DNA of 64,000 bases from Nitrospirota bacterium (GCA_963701855.1 CAVPBK010000010.1:1-64000); one strand, 5' to 3'; positions 40,321-51,028 are shown, numbered from the stretch's first letter. Notes: a model not told the origin generated them from the letters alone. Translations and numbers: made by a program.

Positions 40321-41507
40321 TAGCGGTACAGGTGCTCGCGTGTGAGGGGCAAGGTATTGTTTAGACCGTTTGTAAACAGGACATGGTAGAGCCGCATGTC
40401 CCCATAGCGAAAATTGGCGGCACATCCATTGAGAAACATCCGCCACATGCGAACGAAGGAGGCATCGTACATCGCCTCGACCTTTTTGACGTGGACCTCG
40501 AATCGTGCGCTCCACTCCTCAAGCGTTCGTGCATAGTGCAGGCGAAGGTTTTCGACGTCCGTCGGAATGAGTTTGACTTCGCACATGGTCCGTACGATTT
40601 CGTCGAGCGAGGGAATGTATCCACCGGGGAAAATGTATTTCAACGTCCAGGGATCGCCGGGTATTGGCAGCTCTTGTCCGATGGTGTGGAGTAGCCCAAT
40701 GCCGCCGGGATTCAAGATCGACCGCACCTTCTCCATAAATGTCGGAATGAATTGCTTTCCCACATGTTCAAACATTCCAATAGATACGAATTTATCGAAC
40801 TTGCCTTGGAGGTTCCGATAATCCTCAAACACGATCGAAATCTCTTTGGACAGACCCTGGCGCTTCACGAGATCGACCGCATACTCAATTTGCTGTTTCG
40901 ACAATGAGCATCCGACGCCTCGTACGCCGTAGTGTTTCGCCGCGTAGATCAGCATCCCACCCCAGCCGCAGCCGACGTCGATCAGTGTTTCCCCGGCCTT
41001 TAACTGAAGTTTCCGGCAAATGTGTTCATACTTCTGTTGCTGTGCTTGCTCGAGCGTGTCGTGCTCATAGCGGAAATAGGCACAGGAATACGCCATGCTT
41101 TCGTCAAGCCACAGCTTATAGAAGTCATTCCCGCGATCGTAATGGTGGGCCACGTGTTTCGTCGAACGCGAGAGCGTGTTGAGCGATGTCTTGCGTAGGT
41201 GCGTAATGGCGAGCTTCGCTTTCAATCCGAGAGGCAGATTGAGGAACGCGGCGTCCGCTCCGAACCGGAGTAGTTGCCTGAAATCGCCCTCCACCTGAAT
41301 ATCTCCTGCCATATATTCTTCGCCAAAGCCCAACGAGCCGCTTTCGAGGATATGCTCTGCCGAGCGCTTCGTAACAAAGGTGAGAATGAACTGTGGCTCA
41401 CCGGCGCCGTACGATTTTTTCACTCCATCCCAAAACTGCACCTGAAATGAAACGTCCCGGGTGTGATTGCTCAATTGTTCGAAGAGTTGCTCGAATGTTT
41501 TTCGCAT
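40320..41507 (-). CDS. cfa: cyclopropane-fatty-acyl-phospholipid synthase family methyltransferase
   Basis: HHYDRGN, YSCAYF, DVGCGWGG, YIFPGG. Confidence 0.92.
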   Translation of the reverse strand: MRKTFEQLFEQLSNHTRDVSFQVQFWDGVKKSYGAGEPQFILTFVTKRSAEHILESGSLGFGEEYMAGDIQVEGDFRQLLRFGADAAFLNLPLGLKAKLAITHLRKTSLNTLSRSTKHVAHHYDRGNDFYKLWLDESMAYSCAYFRYEHDTLEQAQQQKYEHICRKLQLKAGETLIDVGCGWGGMLIYAAKHYGVRGVGCSLSKQQIEYAVDLVKRQGLSKEISIVFEDYRNLQGKFDKFVSIGMFEHVGKQFIPTFMEKVRSILNPGGIGLLHTIGQELPIPGDPWTLKYIFPGGYIPSLDEIVRTMCEVKLIPTDVENLRLHYARTLEEWSARFEVHVKKVEAMYDASFVRMWRMFLNGCAANFRYGDMRLYHVLFTNGLNNTLPLTREHLYR

Positions 41508-41647
41508 AATCCTCCTCTACCTGTTGATAGGGCTTTGCGTTGAGGGGCAGCCCGAACCGCCTCAAGAGGCCCTGTCAGGTGCCTGTGATAAGCTCTTTTC
41601 CCAGCCCTTGTCAAGATGCTCCTGCGGAAGGGGGCAAGCCGATTAAT

Positions 41648-41809
41648 CCGCATGAGTCATGAGCGCTTCTGTGGCAATTGAGAGTGTTCTGGCGCAAGGC
41701 AAGGGGAGAAGACTTCCGGTCGGGAACCACGGATCTTTTCTCTAGCTCCTAGCCTGGCGCTCCTTGCTGGGTTTCCACACGATTTGGCGGCGAACCGTCA
41801 TGAAGAATG
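41648..41809. repeat. degenerate family B MITE
   Basis: CCGCATGAGTCATGAG...CGAACCGTCATGAAGAATG. Confidence 0.5.
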
Positions 41810-41961
41810 AAAGTGAGACCGGTGTGAATATGCAAGATGAACAGCATTGCTTGTCTCAATCGCGTGGGGGTTGTTTTTTATCAAAGAATAGCTGAGAATG
41901 CAGTTCGGTCATCGCTTAGCAATAATTGGTCAATTCACTCAATAACCACACAAGAGGCACA

Positions 41962-42354
41962 ATGATGAAGTTGCAAAATATAATGTGGGTAGCAGCAGTG
42001 TTGGTTATCCCTGCCAACGTCTGGGCTTATGGTGACAACAGTGCTGGCGGCAGTGGTGCAGGGATTTGTAAAAAAGTGAATTTTTCTGAATTTTCGCCGG
42101 TGAATAATTCGGAAACGGCCCCACGATCGGAGTTTTCATTTTATGCGTCAGAGTCAACCTTTCCGAAGAGTATTAAGGTGACGATAAAAGGCCAGTCCGT
42201 ACCACTCACCGTGGTCCAAAAACAAAGTGGGTATAAGGTCTCCGGCAAAATTCCTGACTCAGTCAAAGGGACCTACGCGAAAATTAACATTGATGCTAAA
42301 GGCATCGCTCAATGTGAAGTCAGCGACGGATGGCTGGTAAAAGTCACTGAATAA
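41962..42354 (+). CDS. exported hypothetical protein
   Basis: Signal peptide ending VWA; two Cys; low GC. Confidence 0.7.
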   Translation: MMKLQNIMWVAAVLVIPANVWAYGDNSAGGSGAGICKKVNFSEFSPVNNSETAPRSEFSFYASESTFPKSIKVTIKGQSVPLTVVQKQSGYKVSGKIPDSVKGTYAKINIDAKGIAQCEVSDGWLVKVTE

Positions 42355-42548
42355 TACCGGCAGCGGACGTATGTAGCGATTTGGTTCTGCCCCAGAAGTG
42401 AATTGTCTGGCGGGATACTTTCGTAGGTAGTATGTGAGGGGGTCAGGTCAACCTGACCCCCTCACAGTTTTCTGGATGGTCTTCAAAAGCATTTCTTGCT
42501 GAGGTTGTTGGCATCACCCTTCTGGTCCCATCGCCGAAAGGCAAAGCA

Positions 42549-42677
42549 CTGGCCAGCATTATTCATGATGGTTCATCGCGAAATCGCTGAGCCGAGTCGC
42601 GAGCCCGCTGGCCGCTGGCTTGTCGAAGCAGCGGGTCGGCGATTGCAGCAGAAGTGTTCATGAATAAGGCGGGCTAG
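42549..42677. mobile_element. MITE-like element (family B)
   Basis: GCATTATTCATGA...TCATGAATAAGGCGGGCTAG. Confidence 0.72.
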
Positions 42678-42717
42678 ATCGGTCAACATTTTCTTGGGGG
42701 ATGCGGTCGAACGCAAT

Positions 42718-42756
42718 CAGGGCAGGTTCCGACCATAACGGTCGGAACCTGCCCTG
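42718..42756. terminator. perfect 17-bp-stem hairpin between convergent genes
   Basis: CAGGGCAGGTTCCGACC-ATAAC-GGTCGGAACCTGCCCTG. Confidence 0.55.
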
Positions 42757-42845
42757 GTCTTGTCTTGTATCTTGTCCAGAGAGAGGGATGGTCTCAACGG
42801 CTGCAGGTGATCCGCTTGTAGCGGATCACCTGTGTTGTTCCAGTT

Positions 42846-43931
42846 CTATTGAGGGTAGGATGTTGGCGGTATGACATGTTGCCACCCTTCGCCATTCAGC
42901 GTGCGAAGAAACGCCAGGAGATCCTGCTTCTCTTGGTCCGTTAGTTCGAGCGGAAGGATCAACGGATCTTGGTGAGGATTCTTGACGCCGCCCTGATTGT
43001 AAAAGTTCACGACGGCTTCAAGCGTTTTGAAGCGACCATCATGCATATAGGGTGCGCTTCGTGAAATCTCCCGCAAGGTCGGGGTTTTAAATGCGCCGAG
43101 TTCCTCAGCGTTCTTGGTCACCATGTAGCGGCCAAGATCCACTTTGTTGTCGTCCCAGCCGATGCCGAGGTTGTGAAACTTTTCGTCAGTGAAGTTGAAT
43201 CCGGAGTGGCACTTTGTGCACCGTGCTTTATCCCGGAATAGGAGGAGGCCTCTTTGAGCCGCTTCTGGGATTGCTGCTGCTTCCTGTCCCTGATCGAACT
43301 TGTCTGCCGGGCTGTTGCCGGAGAGGACGGTGCGCTGGAAGCTGGCGATAGCCTTGCCCACATTGCCAATCGTGATGTCTTCGCCGAAGGCTTGCATGAA
43401 GAGGGTTTTATAACCGGGGATCTTTTTCATTTTCGCAATCATGACATCGTAATTGACAAAGCCGTGTTCGATTGGATTCGTAAAGGGGCCGATGGATTGA
43501 TCTTCCAAAGTGGCGGCCCGTCCGTCCCAAAATTGAGCGCTGCTGAACACTCGGTTAAAGGACGCCGGCGCGCTACGTCCGCCCTTTTGGCCCTTGATAC
43601 CTGCGGAGACTGGTTGGCCGTCGGTAAAACCAAATTTCGCCAGGTGGCAACTCGCACAGGCGATCGTGTTGTCATCCGATAACCGCCTGTCGAAGAACAA
43701 GAACCGGCCTAACTCGACTTTCTGAGTCGTCATGGGATTATTGGGAGGAATGACCACGGCACTCTCTTCCAGGCCAAAAGGAAGCTTGAGTTTGTAATCG
43801 GTCGCCGTTGCGACCCAGGGCGACAGCATCGCCACTGAGCTGATGGCCAAGGCTCCGAAAAAGCACTTGCGCAACAGCGAAGAACCTCCGACTGTCTGTC
43901 GGAGTTCTGGTTTCGGTACGGCTGGCTTCAT
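42846..43931 (-). CDS. di-heme cytochrome c peroxidase (CCP/MauG family)
   Basis: Signal peptide; CASCH and CTKCH; QFWDGRA; FKTPTLR; PYMHDG. Confidence 0.9.
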   Translation of the reverse strand: MKPAVPKPELRQTVGGSSLLRKCFFGALAISSVAMLSPWVATATDYKLKLPFGLEESAVVIPPNNPMTTQKVELGRFLFFDRRLSDDNTIACASCHLAKFGFTDGQPVSAGIKGQKGGRSAPASFNRVFSSAQFWDGRAATLEDQSIGPFTNPIEHGFVNYDVMIAKMKKIPGYKTLFMQAFGEDITIGNVGKAIASFQRTVLSGNSPADKFDQGQEAAAIPEAAQRGLLLFRDKARCTKCHSGFNFTDEKFHNLGIGWDDNKVDLGRYMVTKNAEELGAFKTPTLREISRSAPYMHDGRFKTLEAVVNFYNQGGVKNPHQDPLILPLELTDQEKQDLLAFLRTLNGEGWQHVIPPTSYPQ

Positions 43932-44449
43932 TGTGGCTCCTTTCGTTTGGGTTGTCATGGCATGTGGCCTATGCCCTTGATAGGCTTTCAGTCGTTTTTC
44001 GTTATTTTCCGCACGGGATCGAATCATTCGAGGCTCGGAGCGTTTGGGGAACTTTTCATGGCGCGAATCGTAGCTATCACGCTCTTTCTTTGCAAGTTCT
44101 TTTTTCAGCAATCCCGCACCTGCTCTCCTGATCTGTGAAGCTGCTCTTCGGCATGTTGATTGGTGCTGATCCTGCTGGGCTCTAAGATTAGACCCAGGTA
44201 CGCAGTCTCGAATGTTTTTTCGACCGTGAGGCATCTCGTTGCAGAAGCCTAGCTGGTATGTCGGGGTAAGGCGCGGCTGTTTGTGGAGGCTAGTGAGGGT
44301 GGAGAAAACTCCAGTTCGATGAAAAATAATTTCGTAAGCTGTTGATTGTTCAAGGAGTATGCTTTTGATGGAGGGCTTCTCTACGGCATTAACGACAGAA
44401 GTGAGCAGCATGTCAATTAGGCCAGTCCACTCGACCCACCATTTGGCCG

Positions 44450-44818
44450 TTATCTTATCGAAGTACGCGCTTCTTCTATCAGCGCTGCAAGCTCAGGTGG
44501 AATCGGCATGCTTTTCAATGGGGTGACGTTTGTACCGCCTGTGTTTCCCTGAGGCACCAGACCAATAGCAGTGCCTATGGCTGCACCAGCGATGCGCAGC
44601 AGCTGACCCAGAGACTCTCGGACGTCACGCTGACGAATCCCCCAGAGGAACATATGCCAATGCACGCGAACATGCTCAACTGTTGATGTTTGCCCAAGTA
44701 TGTGGGCACGCTCCAGGTGCGAGAAGGCGACATCTGGTTGCCCTTGTGCTTCAGCTTGATATGCAGCAAGAATTTCCCGCTCCACGTACGGGCGGATGCG
44801 GCGACCGAACTCGCTCAC
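44450..44818 (-). CDS. DUF3703-like protein
   Basis: FSHLERAHILGQ...HVRVHWHM...PQGNTGG. Confidence 0.78.
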   Translation of the reverse strand: MSEFGRRIRPYVEREILAAYQAEAQGQPDVAFSHLERAHILGQTSTVEHVRVHWHMFLWGIRQRDVRESLGQLLRIAGAAIGTAIGLVPQGNTGGTNVTPLKSMPIPPELAALIEEARTSIR

Positions 44819-44922
44819 TCACCTCTCCTTGGTGCCCACCTCATGACACATGAGATGATTTTGCTTTTATAGTCTAACTGTCTTCATTGTGGTTTCTGTC
44901 CGCCCAATTACTTGTGTGCGCG

Positions 44923-45342
44923 TTAAGCCGCCACAAATTTCAGTGCCACGCCGTTGATGCAGTAGCGCAGGCCAGTCGGCTTGGGGCCGTCCTTAAAGAT
45001 ATGGCCTTGATGCCCCTCGCAGCGGGCGCAGTGGACTTCGGTCCTTGGGAAAATCAGTTTGTAATCGGTCGTGCTTTCGACCACACGAGGATCGATTGGT
45101 TGCCAGAAGCTGGGCCAGCCGGTTCCACTGTCGAACTTGTGTTCTGAAGAATAGGCCGGGAGGTCACAGCCTGCGCAGTAGTAGATGCCGGTTTTTTTGT
45201 TGTCATGCATGTTGTCGGTAAAGGGGCGTTCGGTATTCTCATGCCGTAGGACCCGGTAGGCCTCCGGCGCGAGAAGTTTCTTCCACTCCTCGTCGGTTTT
45301 TACGACTTTAACCATCTGACCGATCTCAACCTTTGGCGGCAT
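44923..45342 (-). CDS. msrB: methionine-R-sulfoxide reductase
   Basis: TERPF, GTGWPSF, GHIFKDGP, RYCING. Confidence 0.93.
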   Translation of the reverse strand: MPPKVEIGQMVKVVKTDEEWKKLLAPEAYRVLRHENTERPFTDNMHDNKKTGIYYCAGCDLPAYSSEHKFDSGTGWPSFWQPIDPRVVESTTDYKLIFPRTEVHCARCEGHQGHIFKDGPKPTGLRYCINGVALKFVAA

Positions 45343-45563
45343 GGCGTTGCTCCTTTCTTGTCTGGTCGCTCCCACGTAAGTCGAGGGACTTGAAGTATCC
45401 TTACACAGGGATTGGTTTGGGAGCAAGGATGCGGAAAAACACAGCGCGAGACATGCGGACTCGCTAGACTGGCGGGACAGGCGGCATACTCGAAATCAGA
45501 GTTTGTGTGTGATGCTTGTCGCGCCTTTCTCGCACATCTCGCGAGTCACGCGTTGCAGTCCGT

Positions 45564-47957
45564 TCACGCTGAGGCTGGGGCAATGCCCATTCCGAAGCGG
45601 AAGCTTCCGTGAGCCGCTGTATCATGGTTGAACGCAGCGGGGAGGACCTCCTCGATCCGTTCCACCAGAATGAAGGTCAGATCTTCGCGCACTTCTTGCG
45701 GGACCTCCTTCAAATCCTTTTCGTTGGATTTTGGCAGAATCACCCGCTTGATGCCGGCGCGATGTGCCGCCAGCACTTTTTCTTTAATCCCGCCGACTGG
45801 AAGAACCAATCCGCTCAGGCTGATCTCGCCGGTCATGGCCGTATCGCTGCGGACTGCTTCTCCGATATACGAAGAGGCAAGGGCCGTGGCCATTGTGATT
45901 CCAGCCGAGGGTCCGTCTTTCGGAATGGCTCCGGACGGCACATGGATATGCACCCCATTTCGTTTGAAACGGGAAATATCGAGTCCCATGCTTTCAGCAT
46001 GTGACCAGAGGTAGCTTCGTGCAGCCCTGGCTGACTCTTGCATGACGTCTCCCAGCTGACCTGTGAGGGTCAGCTCGTGGCTGCCGGGGAGCAGCGTCGT
46101 TTCAATGTAGAGGACATCGCCTCCTGTGGGAGTCCAGGCCAGGCCGGTCGCCACACCCGGAGGCAGCGTCTTGCGCGCCTCTTCCGGCATGAACCGTTCA
46201 GAGCCCAGCCATTCTTCGAGAACCTGAGGGCGTATGATGACGGGCTGTCGCTCTTGGCCATCCGGCAGGTCGGCGAAGGTCAACGCAATTTTTCTCGTGA
46301 GCCGCCCCAGCATCTGTTCGAGCTGGCGGACGCCGGCCTCTCTGGTGTACCGGCTGATGATGAGATTCAACACGTCATCCGACAGCAATGCCTGGCTCGC
46401 ATCGAGCCCTGCTTCCTTCAGCCGTCTCGGCCACAAGTAGCGGCGGACAATCTCGGCCTTTTCCCTCTCGCTGTAACCGTGGAGGTGGATTATTTCCATG
46501 CGATCCAACAAGGGCTGGCTGATCGTGTCGAGGGTGTTCGCCGTAGTGATGAAGAACACCTTCGACAGATCGAACGGAAGATCCAAGTAGTGGTCGCGGA
46601 ACGTGTGGTTCTGCGCCGGATCGAGAATCTCCAAGAGTGCCGCAGCGGGATCGCCACGGAAGTCACGGCCCATCTTGTCGACCTCGTCGAGCATTAAGAC
46701 CGGATTGTTCACACCTGCTCGTCGCACGGCCTGAACAATACGTCCAGGCAGCGCACCGACATAGGTCCGGCGATGGCCGCGCAATTCGGCTTCGTCATGT
46801 ACGCCGCCCAAGCTGAACCGTTCGAACGTTCGACCCATGGCTCTGGCAATGGACTGGCCTAGGCTAGTCTTGCCGACGCCTGGTGCTCCGACCAGGCAGA
46901 GGATCGGCGCCTTGGCCGTTGGGTTCAATTTCAACACGGCTAGATGCTCGACGATCCGCTCCTTTACTTCTTTAATGCCGTAGTGATCCTCCTCCAGCAC
47001 CTGACGAACCTTGCTCAACTCCAACCGATCTTCAGAGGCTTTCCTCCAAGGGAGTTCAAGCACCAGTTCGAGATAGGTCCTGAGGACCTGATGGTCAGGC
47101 GAGGAGGGTGGCACCTTTGCCAATCGGACAATCTCTCGCTCTACTTCCTTTCGCACATGGTCGGGAAGGTCGGCTTCTTGAATCTGTTTCTTGAGTTTGG
47201 TGATCTCGTTCTCTTCTCCCTCACCCTCCCCAAGCTCCTGTTGGATCGCCTTCAACTGTTCACGAAGGATATATTCCCGCTGGGTCTTGCCGATCTTGGC
47301 TTGGGCATCGTTGGTGATTTTGTCCCGCAACTGTAAGATTTGAATTTCTTTCGAGAGCGAGCCATATAGCGCTCGCAACAGCTCGATTGTGGAGGAACTT
47401 TCTAGCAGCTTCTGCTCCTCCTGCACGGTGAGATTGAGGAGCGAGGCCACGCGATAGGCCAAGGTTACGGGATTGTCCTCATTACTGAAGGCCGCCGCGG
47501 CTTCCTGAATACCGGGGGCCTGAATCAATCGAGGAAGATCGGTGACCAATTCCTGGATGGCTCGGTGGAGGGCCTGGATTTCGGTGCCGTGGCCCTCGGG
47601 GTGATCGAGTCGTCGAGCCTGTACGAGAAGGCACGGATTCGTTTGTTCGACTTTGAGTAACGCGACACGCTCGAGCCCTTGCACGAGCACGTGGATCATG
47701 CCTTCTTCTGACCGACCAATCTGTTTCACGATGGCCTTCGTGCCGATCGTGTACAATTCTTCGAGTCCCGGCTCTTCTGTCTGAGGGTCGCGTTGTGCGA
47801 CCACGAGAATCGTCTTCTCTTCAGTTTTCGTCGCCGCCTCTACGGCGGCAATCGACCGTGCACGCCCAACCGTCAAGGGCATCATCACCCCAGGGAATAG
47901 CACGGTGCGTTTAATCGTGAGTACTGGTAGCGTGACAGCCATTGTCCCATTATTCAT
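45564..47957 (-). CDS. lon: Lon protease
   Basis: LON N-domain, GAPGVGKT, PKDGPSAG. Confidence 0.96.
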   Translation of the reverse strand: MNNGTMAVTLPVLTIKRTVLFPGVMMPLTVGRARSIAAVEAATKTEEKTILVVAQRDPQTEEPGLEELYTIGTKAIVKQIGRSEEGMIHVLVQGLERVALLKVEQTNPCLLVQARRLDHPEGHGTEIQALHRAIQELVTDLPRLIQAPGIQEAAAAFSNEDNPVTLAYRVASLLNLTVQEEQKLLESSSTIELLRALYGSLSKEIQILQLRDKITNDAQAKIGKTQREYILREQLKAIQQELGEGEGEENEITKLKKQIQEADLPDHVRKEVEREIVRLAKVPPSSPDHQVLRTYLELVLELPWRKASEDRLELSKVRQVLEEDHYGIKEVKERIVEHLAVLKLNPTAKAPILCLVGAPGVGKTSLGQSIARAMGRTFERFSLGGVHDEAELRGHRRTYVGALPGRIVQAVRRAGVNNPVLMLDEVDKMGRDFRGDPAAALLEILDPAQNHTFRDHYLDLPFDLSKVFFITTANTLDTISQPLLDRMEIIHLHGYSEREKAEIVRRYLWPRRLKEAGLDASQALLSDDVLNLIISRYTREAGVRQLEQMLGRLTRKIALTFADLPDGQERQPVIIRPQVLEEWLGSERFMPEEARKTLPPGVATGLAWTPTGGDVLYIETTLLPGSHELTLTGQLGDVMQESARAARSYLWSHAESMGLDISRFKRNGVHIHVPSGAIPKDGPSAGITMATALASSYIGEAVRSDTAMTGEISLSGLVLPVGGIKEKVLAAHRAGIKRVILPKSNEKDLKEVPQEVREDLTFILVERIEEVLPAAFNHDTAAHGSFRFGMGIAPASA

Positions 47958-48144
47958 GTGGAAGCGTCCTTTCGCTCGGCCTGTGAAAAGACAGGAGATA
48001 TACGTCTGAATAGGTAGATAGCTTTCGCCTTACACAAGTCAAGGGAGAGAGACGAGGGAGCCGCGCAACTACGTGTAATCGCTAGGGAGGCCGAGAGTTA
48101 GTCTCTCTTCATCGATCGACAGCGAGCCCGAAGGCAATAAGGCG

Positions 48145-49329
48145 TCATCCGTTACTTTTTGGCGCGGGATTCGTCTTGCGCATCGATCCTGACACAATCT
48201 GAAATTCATATAACCGGCATTCCAGCGGACCGTTGAAGAGGGGAATGCGTTTCGACGGCGCGAGACCGATGAGTTTGGGGACCCGTAAATCGCCGGTGAA
48301 GATATAAGCCCGCCATCCGCTGAATCGTTGTTTTAACCAATCACCCAGTAGGGGATAGAAGGCATCGAGTTCTTCCGGCCTACTGAGCCTGACTCCGTAG
48401 GGAGGATTGATCATCAGAACACCCTGTTCAGCCGGAGCTTCAAGGGCAAGCACGTCGCTCTGCCGCAGGCGAATATCGACGGCGACTCCCGCCCCCTGAA
48501 ATGTCCGCTGCGCGATCTTCACCGCGGCAGGGTTCTGGTCTGAGGCATAGATGGCAGTCGGCACCTCTGCGAGTTGTTTCAGTAGAGAGACTTCGCGCAG
48601 ATGGCTCCAGCGTTGGGCATCGTGAATCAGCAGGCGTTCAAACGCAAAAGGCCGAGACTGTCCTGGCGCGATCCGGCGCCCCATCAGCGCGGCTTCGAGC
48701 GGAATCGTTCCGCTGCCGCACATGGGGTCGAGCAGTACGTCGTTGGGTGTCCATCCAGCGAGCCGCAGCAATCCCGCCGCCAGGTTTTCGCGCAACGGTG
48801 CCTCGACGGACAGGACACGATGTCCCCGCTTGAAGAGTGGCTCGCCGGAGGTGTCCAGATAGAAGGTCACCGTTGACTCATCGAGAAAGGCGTCGAGCCG
48901 GATGTTCGGGCGATGGGTGTCCACGCTAGGACGCCTATGGCGTACCGACGTAAACTTATCGCAGACGGCGTCTTTGATCCGCAGCGTGATGAAGTCCAGG
49001 CTGGTGAGTGGGCAGCGGCGTGCGCTCACTTTCACCTTGATGGTCTGTGAAGGCGTGAACCAATCTGGCCAGGGCAGACTATAGGCCGTGCGGTACACAT
49101 CGTCTTCCGAGCGATAGGGAGCCTGTCCGACTTCCCAGAGCACGCGGCTGGCAATGTGACTTTTTAGATTGACCCAATACATCGTGGACCAGGGAGCCTG
49201 GAAGGCGATCCCTCCGTCCGACTTCGTGGTCATAGGCACCCCAAGGTCGTGGAGCTCCTGCTCCAGAACCCCCTCCAGCCCACGCGGGCAGGGTGCAAAG
49301 AACCGTAGTTTTGTGCTATCCATGCTCAT
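48145..49329 (-). CDS. THUMP-domain RNA methyltransferase (RlmL-like)
   Basis: LFKRG, APLRENLAA, DPMCGSGT, NPPYG. Confidence 0.9.
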   Translation of the reverse strand: MSMDSTKLRFFAPCPRGLEGVLEQELHDLGVPMTTKSDGGIAFQAPWSTMYWVNLKSHIASRVLWEVGQAPYRSEDDVYRTAYSLPWPDWFTPSQTIKVKVSARRCPLTSLDFITLRIKDAVCDKFTSVRHRRPSVDTHRPNIRLDAFLDESTVTFYLDTSGEPLFKRGHRVLSVEAPLRENLAAGLLRLAGWTPNDVLLDPMCGSGTIPLEAALMGRRIAPGQSRPFAFERLLIHDAQRWSHLREVSLLKQLAEVPTAIYASDQNPAAVKIAQRTFQGAGVAVDIRLRQSDVLALEAPAEQGVLMINPPYGVRLSRPEELDAFYPLLGDWLKQRFSGWRAYIFTGDLRVPKLIGLAPSKRIPLFNGPLECRLYEFQIVSGSMRKTNPAPKSNG

Positions 49330-49399
49330 ATAACGTTTCGCGAGACATGCGGCACAGGCAAGACGCGCGAGCCCTTCTTTTCTCGCGCATTACGATCCT

Positions 49400-49939
49400 A
49401 TGAACTATTGCAGCGCCTGCGGCGCCTCAGTTACGAAGAAAGTTCCTGCCGGCGACAACTTGCCACGGTTCGTTTGCGATACCTGTCGGGCCATTCATTA
49501 CCATAATCCAAAGATCGTCGCAGGCTGCATTCCCGAGTGGGGCGGCCAAATTCTCCTCTGTCGGCGTGCGATCGAGCCCAAGTCCGGCCTCTGGACCTTT
49601 CCTGCTGGCTTCATGGAAATCGGCGAGAGCACTGAGCAGGCGGCCGTTCGCGAGACACTGGAGGAAGCGCAGGCTCAGGTGGAGCGTATTTGCCTCTTTG
49701 CGGTCTTGAGTCTTCCCCACATTGGCCAGGCCTACCTGGTGTTTCGAGGGCCGATGCGTTCACCAGATTTCGGGGTGGGTGAGGAAAGCCTCGACGTGCA
49801 GTTATTCTCACTCTCTGCAATTCCCTGGGACAAGATCGCATTTCCCGTGGTGAAGGATGCTCTGCGCCGCTATGTCGGCGATGTGACGCGGGGTGAGTTT
49901 CAGGTGCATGTCGCCAGCTTGCCGGACCGACTCACCTAA
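49400..49939 (+). CDS. Nudix hydrolase with N-terminal zinc ribbon
   Basis: YCSACG, CDTC, PAGFMEIGES...RETLEEA. Confidence 0.9.
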   Translation: MNYCSACGASVTKKVPAGDNLPRFVCDTCRAIHYHNPKIVAGCIPEWGGQILLCRRAIEPKSGLWTFPAGFMEIGESTEQAAVRETLEEAQAQVERICLFAVLSLPHIGQAYLVFRGPMRSPDFGVGEESLDVQLFSLSAIPWDKIAFPVVKDALRRYVGDVTRGEFQVHVASLPDRLT

Positions 49940-49944
49940 TCCCT

Positions 49945-50183
49945 CAGGATGCTCAAAAAGTCTGTCCAGCAAGGCCGCGGCGAGTGAAGGCCCGAGGAGG
50001 TACATACCAAGCTTCGCTTGAACCGCTCGCTTCGATCACATGCGAGCGGATAGGTACTGTGCCTCCAGTACACTTAGACCGGTACGTTGAGGGTCTGAAC
50101 GATGCGAGAACGCCGCTTGGGGAAAGGCGCGTCTCGGCGCGCCGGGGTCGGGCGGGTGAGAAAAGCGGCTTTTTCAGCATCTG
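49945..50183. mobile_element. MITE-like element (family A, long form)
   Basis: CAGGATGCTCAAAAA...TTTTTCAGCATCTG. Confidence 0.72.
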
Positions 50184-50188
50184 CTCCG

Positions 50189-50503
50189 TCAATTGAGTGT
50201 GGGAATTGTCAGGAGTGGCAGGCTGCGGTTCTCCTCATCGTGTAGAAAGCGAAACCCATCGGCCTCAGTGTAGTCGACTGTCACCCGTTCCATCCGTGGC
50301 GCACTTCGCCGATCCACCGCAATTGTGAGGCCATCGATCTGCTGAACGTCATCGTCAGGCTGGTGCGTTGCTTCCAACGTAATGCTAAAGTTTAAGCGTG
50401 AATCTTCCAGGTCGCGCACGGAAACCCGGACGACCGGATCCTCTGGATGATGGGCTTGAATCGCTTTCAGTTTTGCGATGGCGGCAACGGTGATGGCAAT
50501 CAT
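50189..50503 (-). CDS. HesB/IscA-fold protein lacking cysteines
   Basis: IAITVAAIAKL...DDVQQIDGLTIAVD...TVDY...GFRF. Confidence 0.6.
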   Translation of the reverse strand: MIAITVAAIAKLKAIQAHHPEDPVVRVSVRDLEDSRLNFSITLEATHQPDDDVQQIDGLTIAVDRRSAPRMERVTVDYTEADGFRFLHDEENRSLPLLTIPTLN

Positions 50504-50763
50504 GAACGGAGCTCTCTGTGGCGAACGATGCCGTGAATATCGACCATGTGATCGTTACGGTCAATAGAGTATAAAATTCGCCAGTCCTCGACCGCATATT
50601 TGGAAAGGCCTGGCAGGTCCGGCGTGATCGGTTCGTGGCGCAAGTTGTCGATGTTGGAGGCGATCCATTTGGTTTTGTCCAAGAGCCGCTGTGCCATGGA
50701 CGGCTCAAGGCCCGCAAGGTCTTTGAGAATGATTGGGCGATAGGCTACACGATACCAGGCCAT
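50500..50763 (-). CDS. RelE/ParE-family toxin
   Basis: YRVAY...KDLAGL...DWRILYSID...VRHRE. Confidence 0.75.
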   Translation of the reverse strand: MAWYRVAYRPIILKDLAGLEPSMAQRLLDKTKWIASNIDNLRHEPITPDLPGLSKYAVEDWRILYSIDRNDHMVDIHGIVRHRELRS

Positions 50764-50770
50764 GTTGTTC

Positions 50771-50974
50771 TTACCAGCGGAGACCGAGCTGATCTGCGAT
50801 GTCCTCGCCGGACAGTCTCACCGTACTGGATAAGGACTCTTTCAGGCGGGCGCGCAGGCCATCGCCAAGCTGTAGTCCAAGGTCAGGATCGCCCAGTAAC
50901 TCGCGCAGACGATCGTCGACGATGCCGCGCACGAGCTCTTTGAATTGTTCCTGGGAAAGTTGTGAGAGGTCCAT
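50771..50974 (-). CDS. putative antitoxin
   Basis: Small acidic ORF directly upstream of the toxin (GDPDLGLQL motif). Confidence 0.7.
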   Translation of the reverse strand: MDLSQLSQEQFKELVRGIVDDRLRELLGDPDLGLQLGDGLRARLKESLSSTVRLSGEDIADQLGLRW

Positions 50975-51028
50975 GAAGACGGAGGATACGGAGGCGAGCG
51001 CCTAAAATGCAACTATAGCGAAGGTCGT

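Noticed and set aside
43932..44411. Long N-terminal extension of the cytochrome c peroxidase
   Set aside because: Non-protein-like sequence; the RBS and signal peptide fit a start at 43931. Similar over-extensions were trimmed for glgC, yggS and miaB.
44400..44880. Integron cassette around the DUF3703-like gene
   Set aside because: GTTAGAC is present upstream but there is no matching inverse core or attC hairpin downstream.
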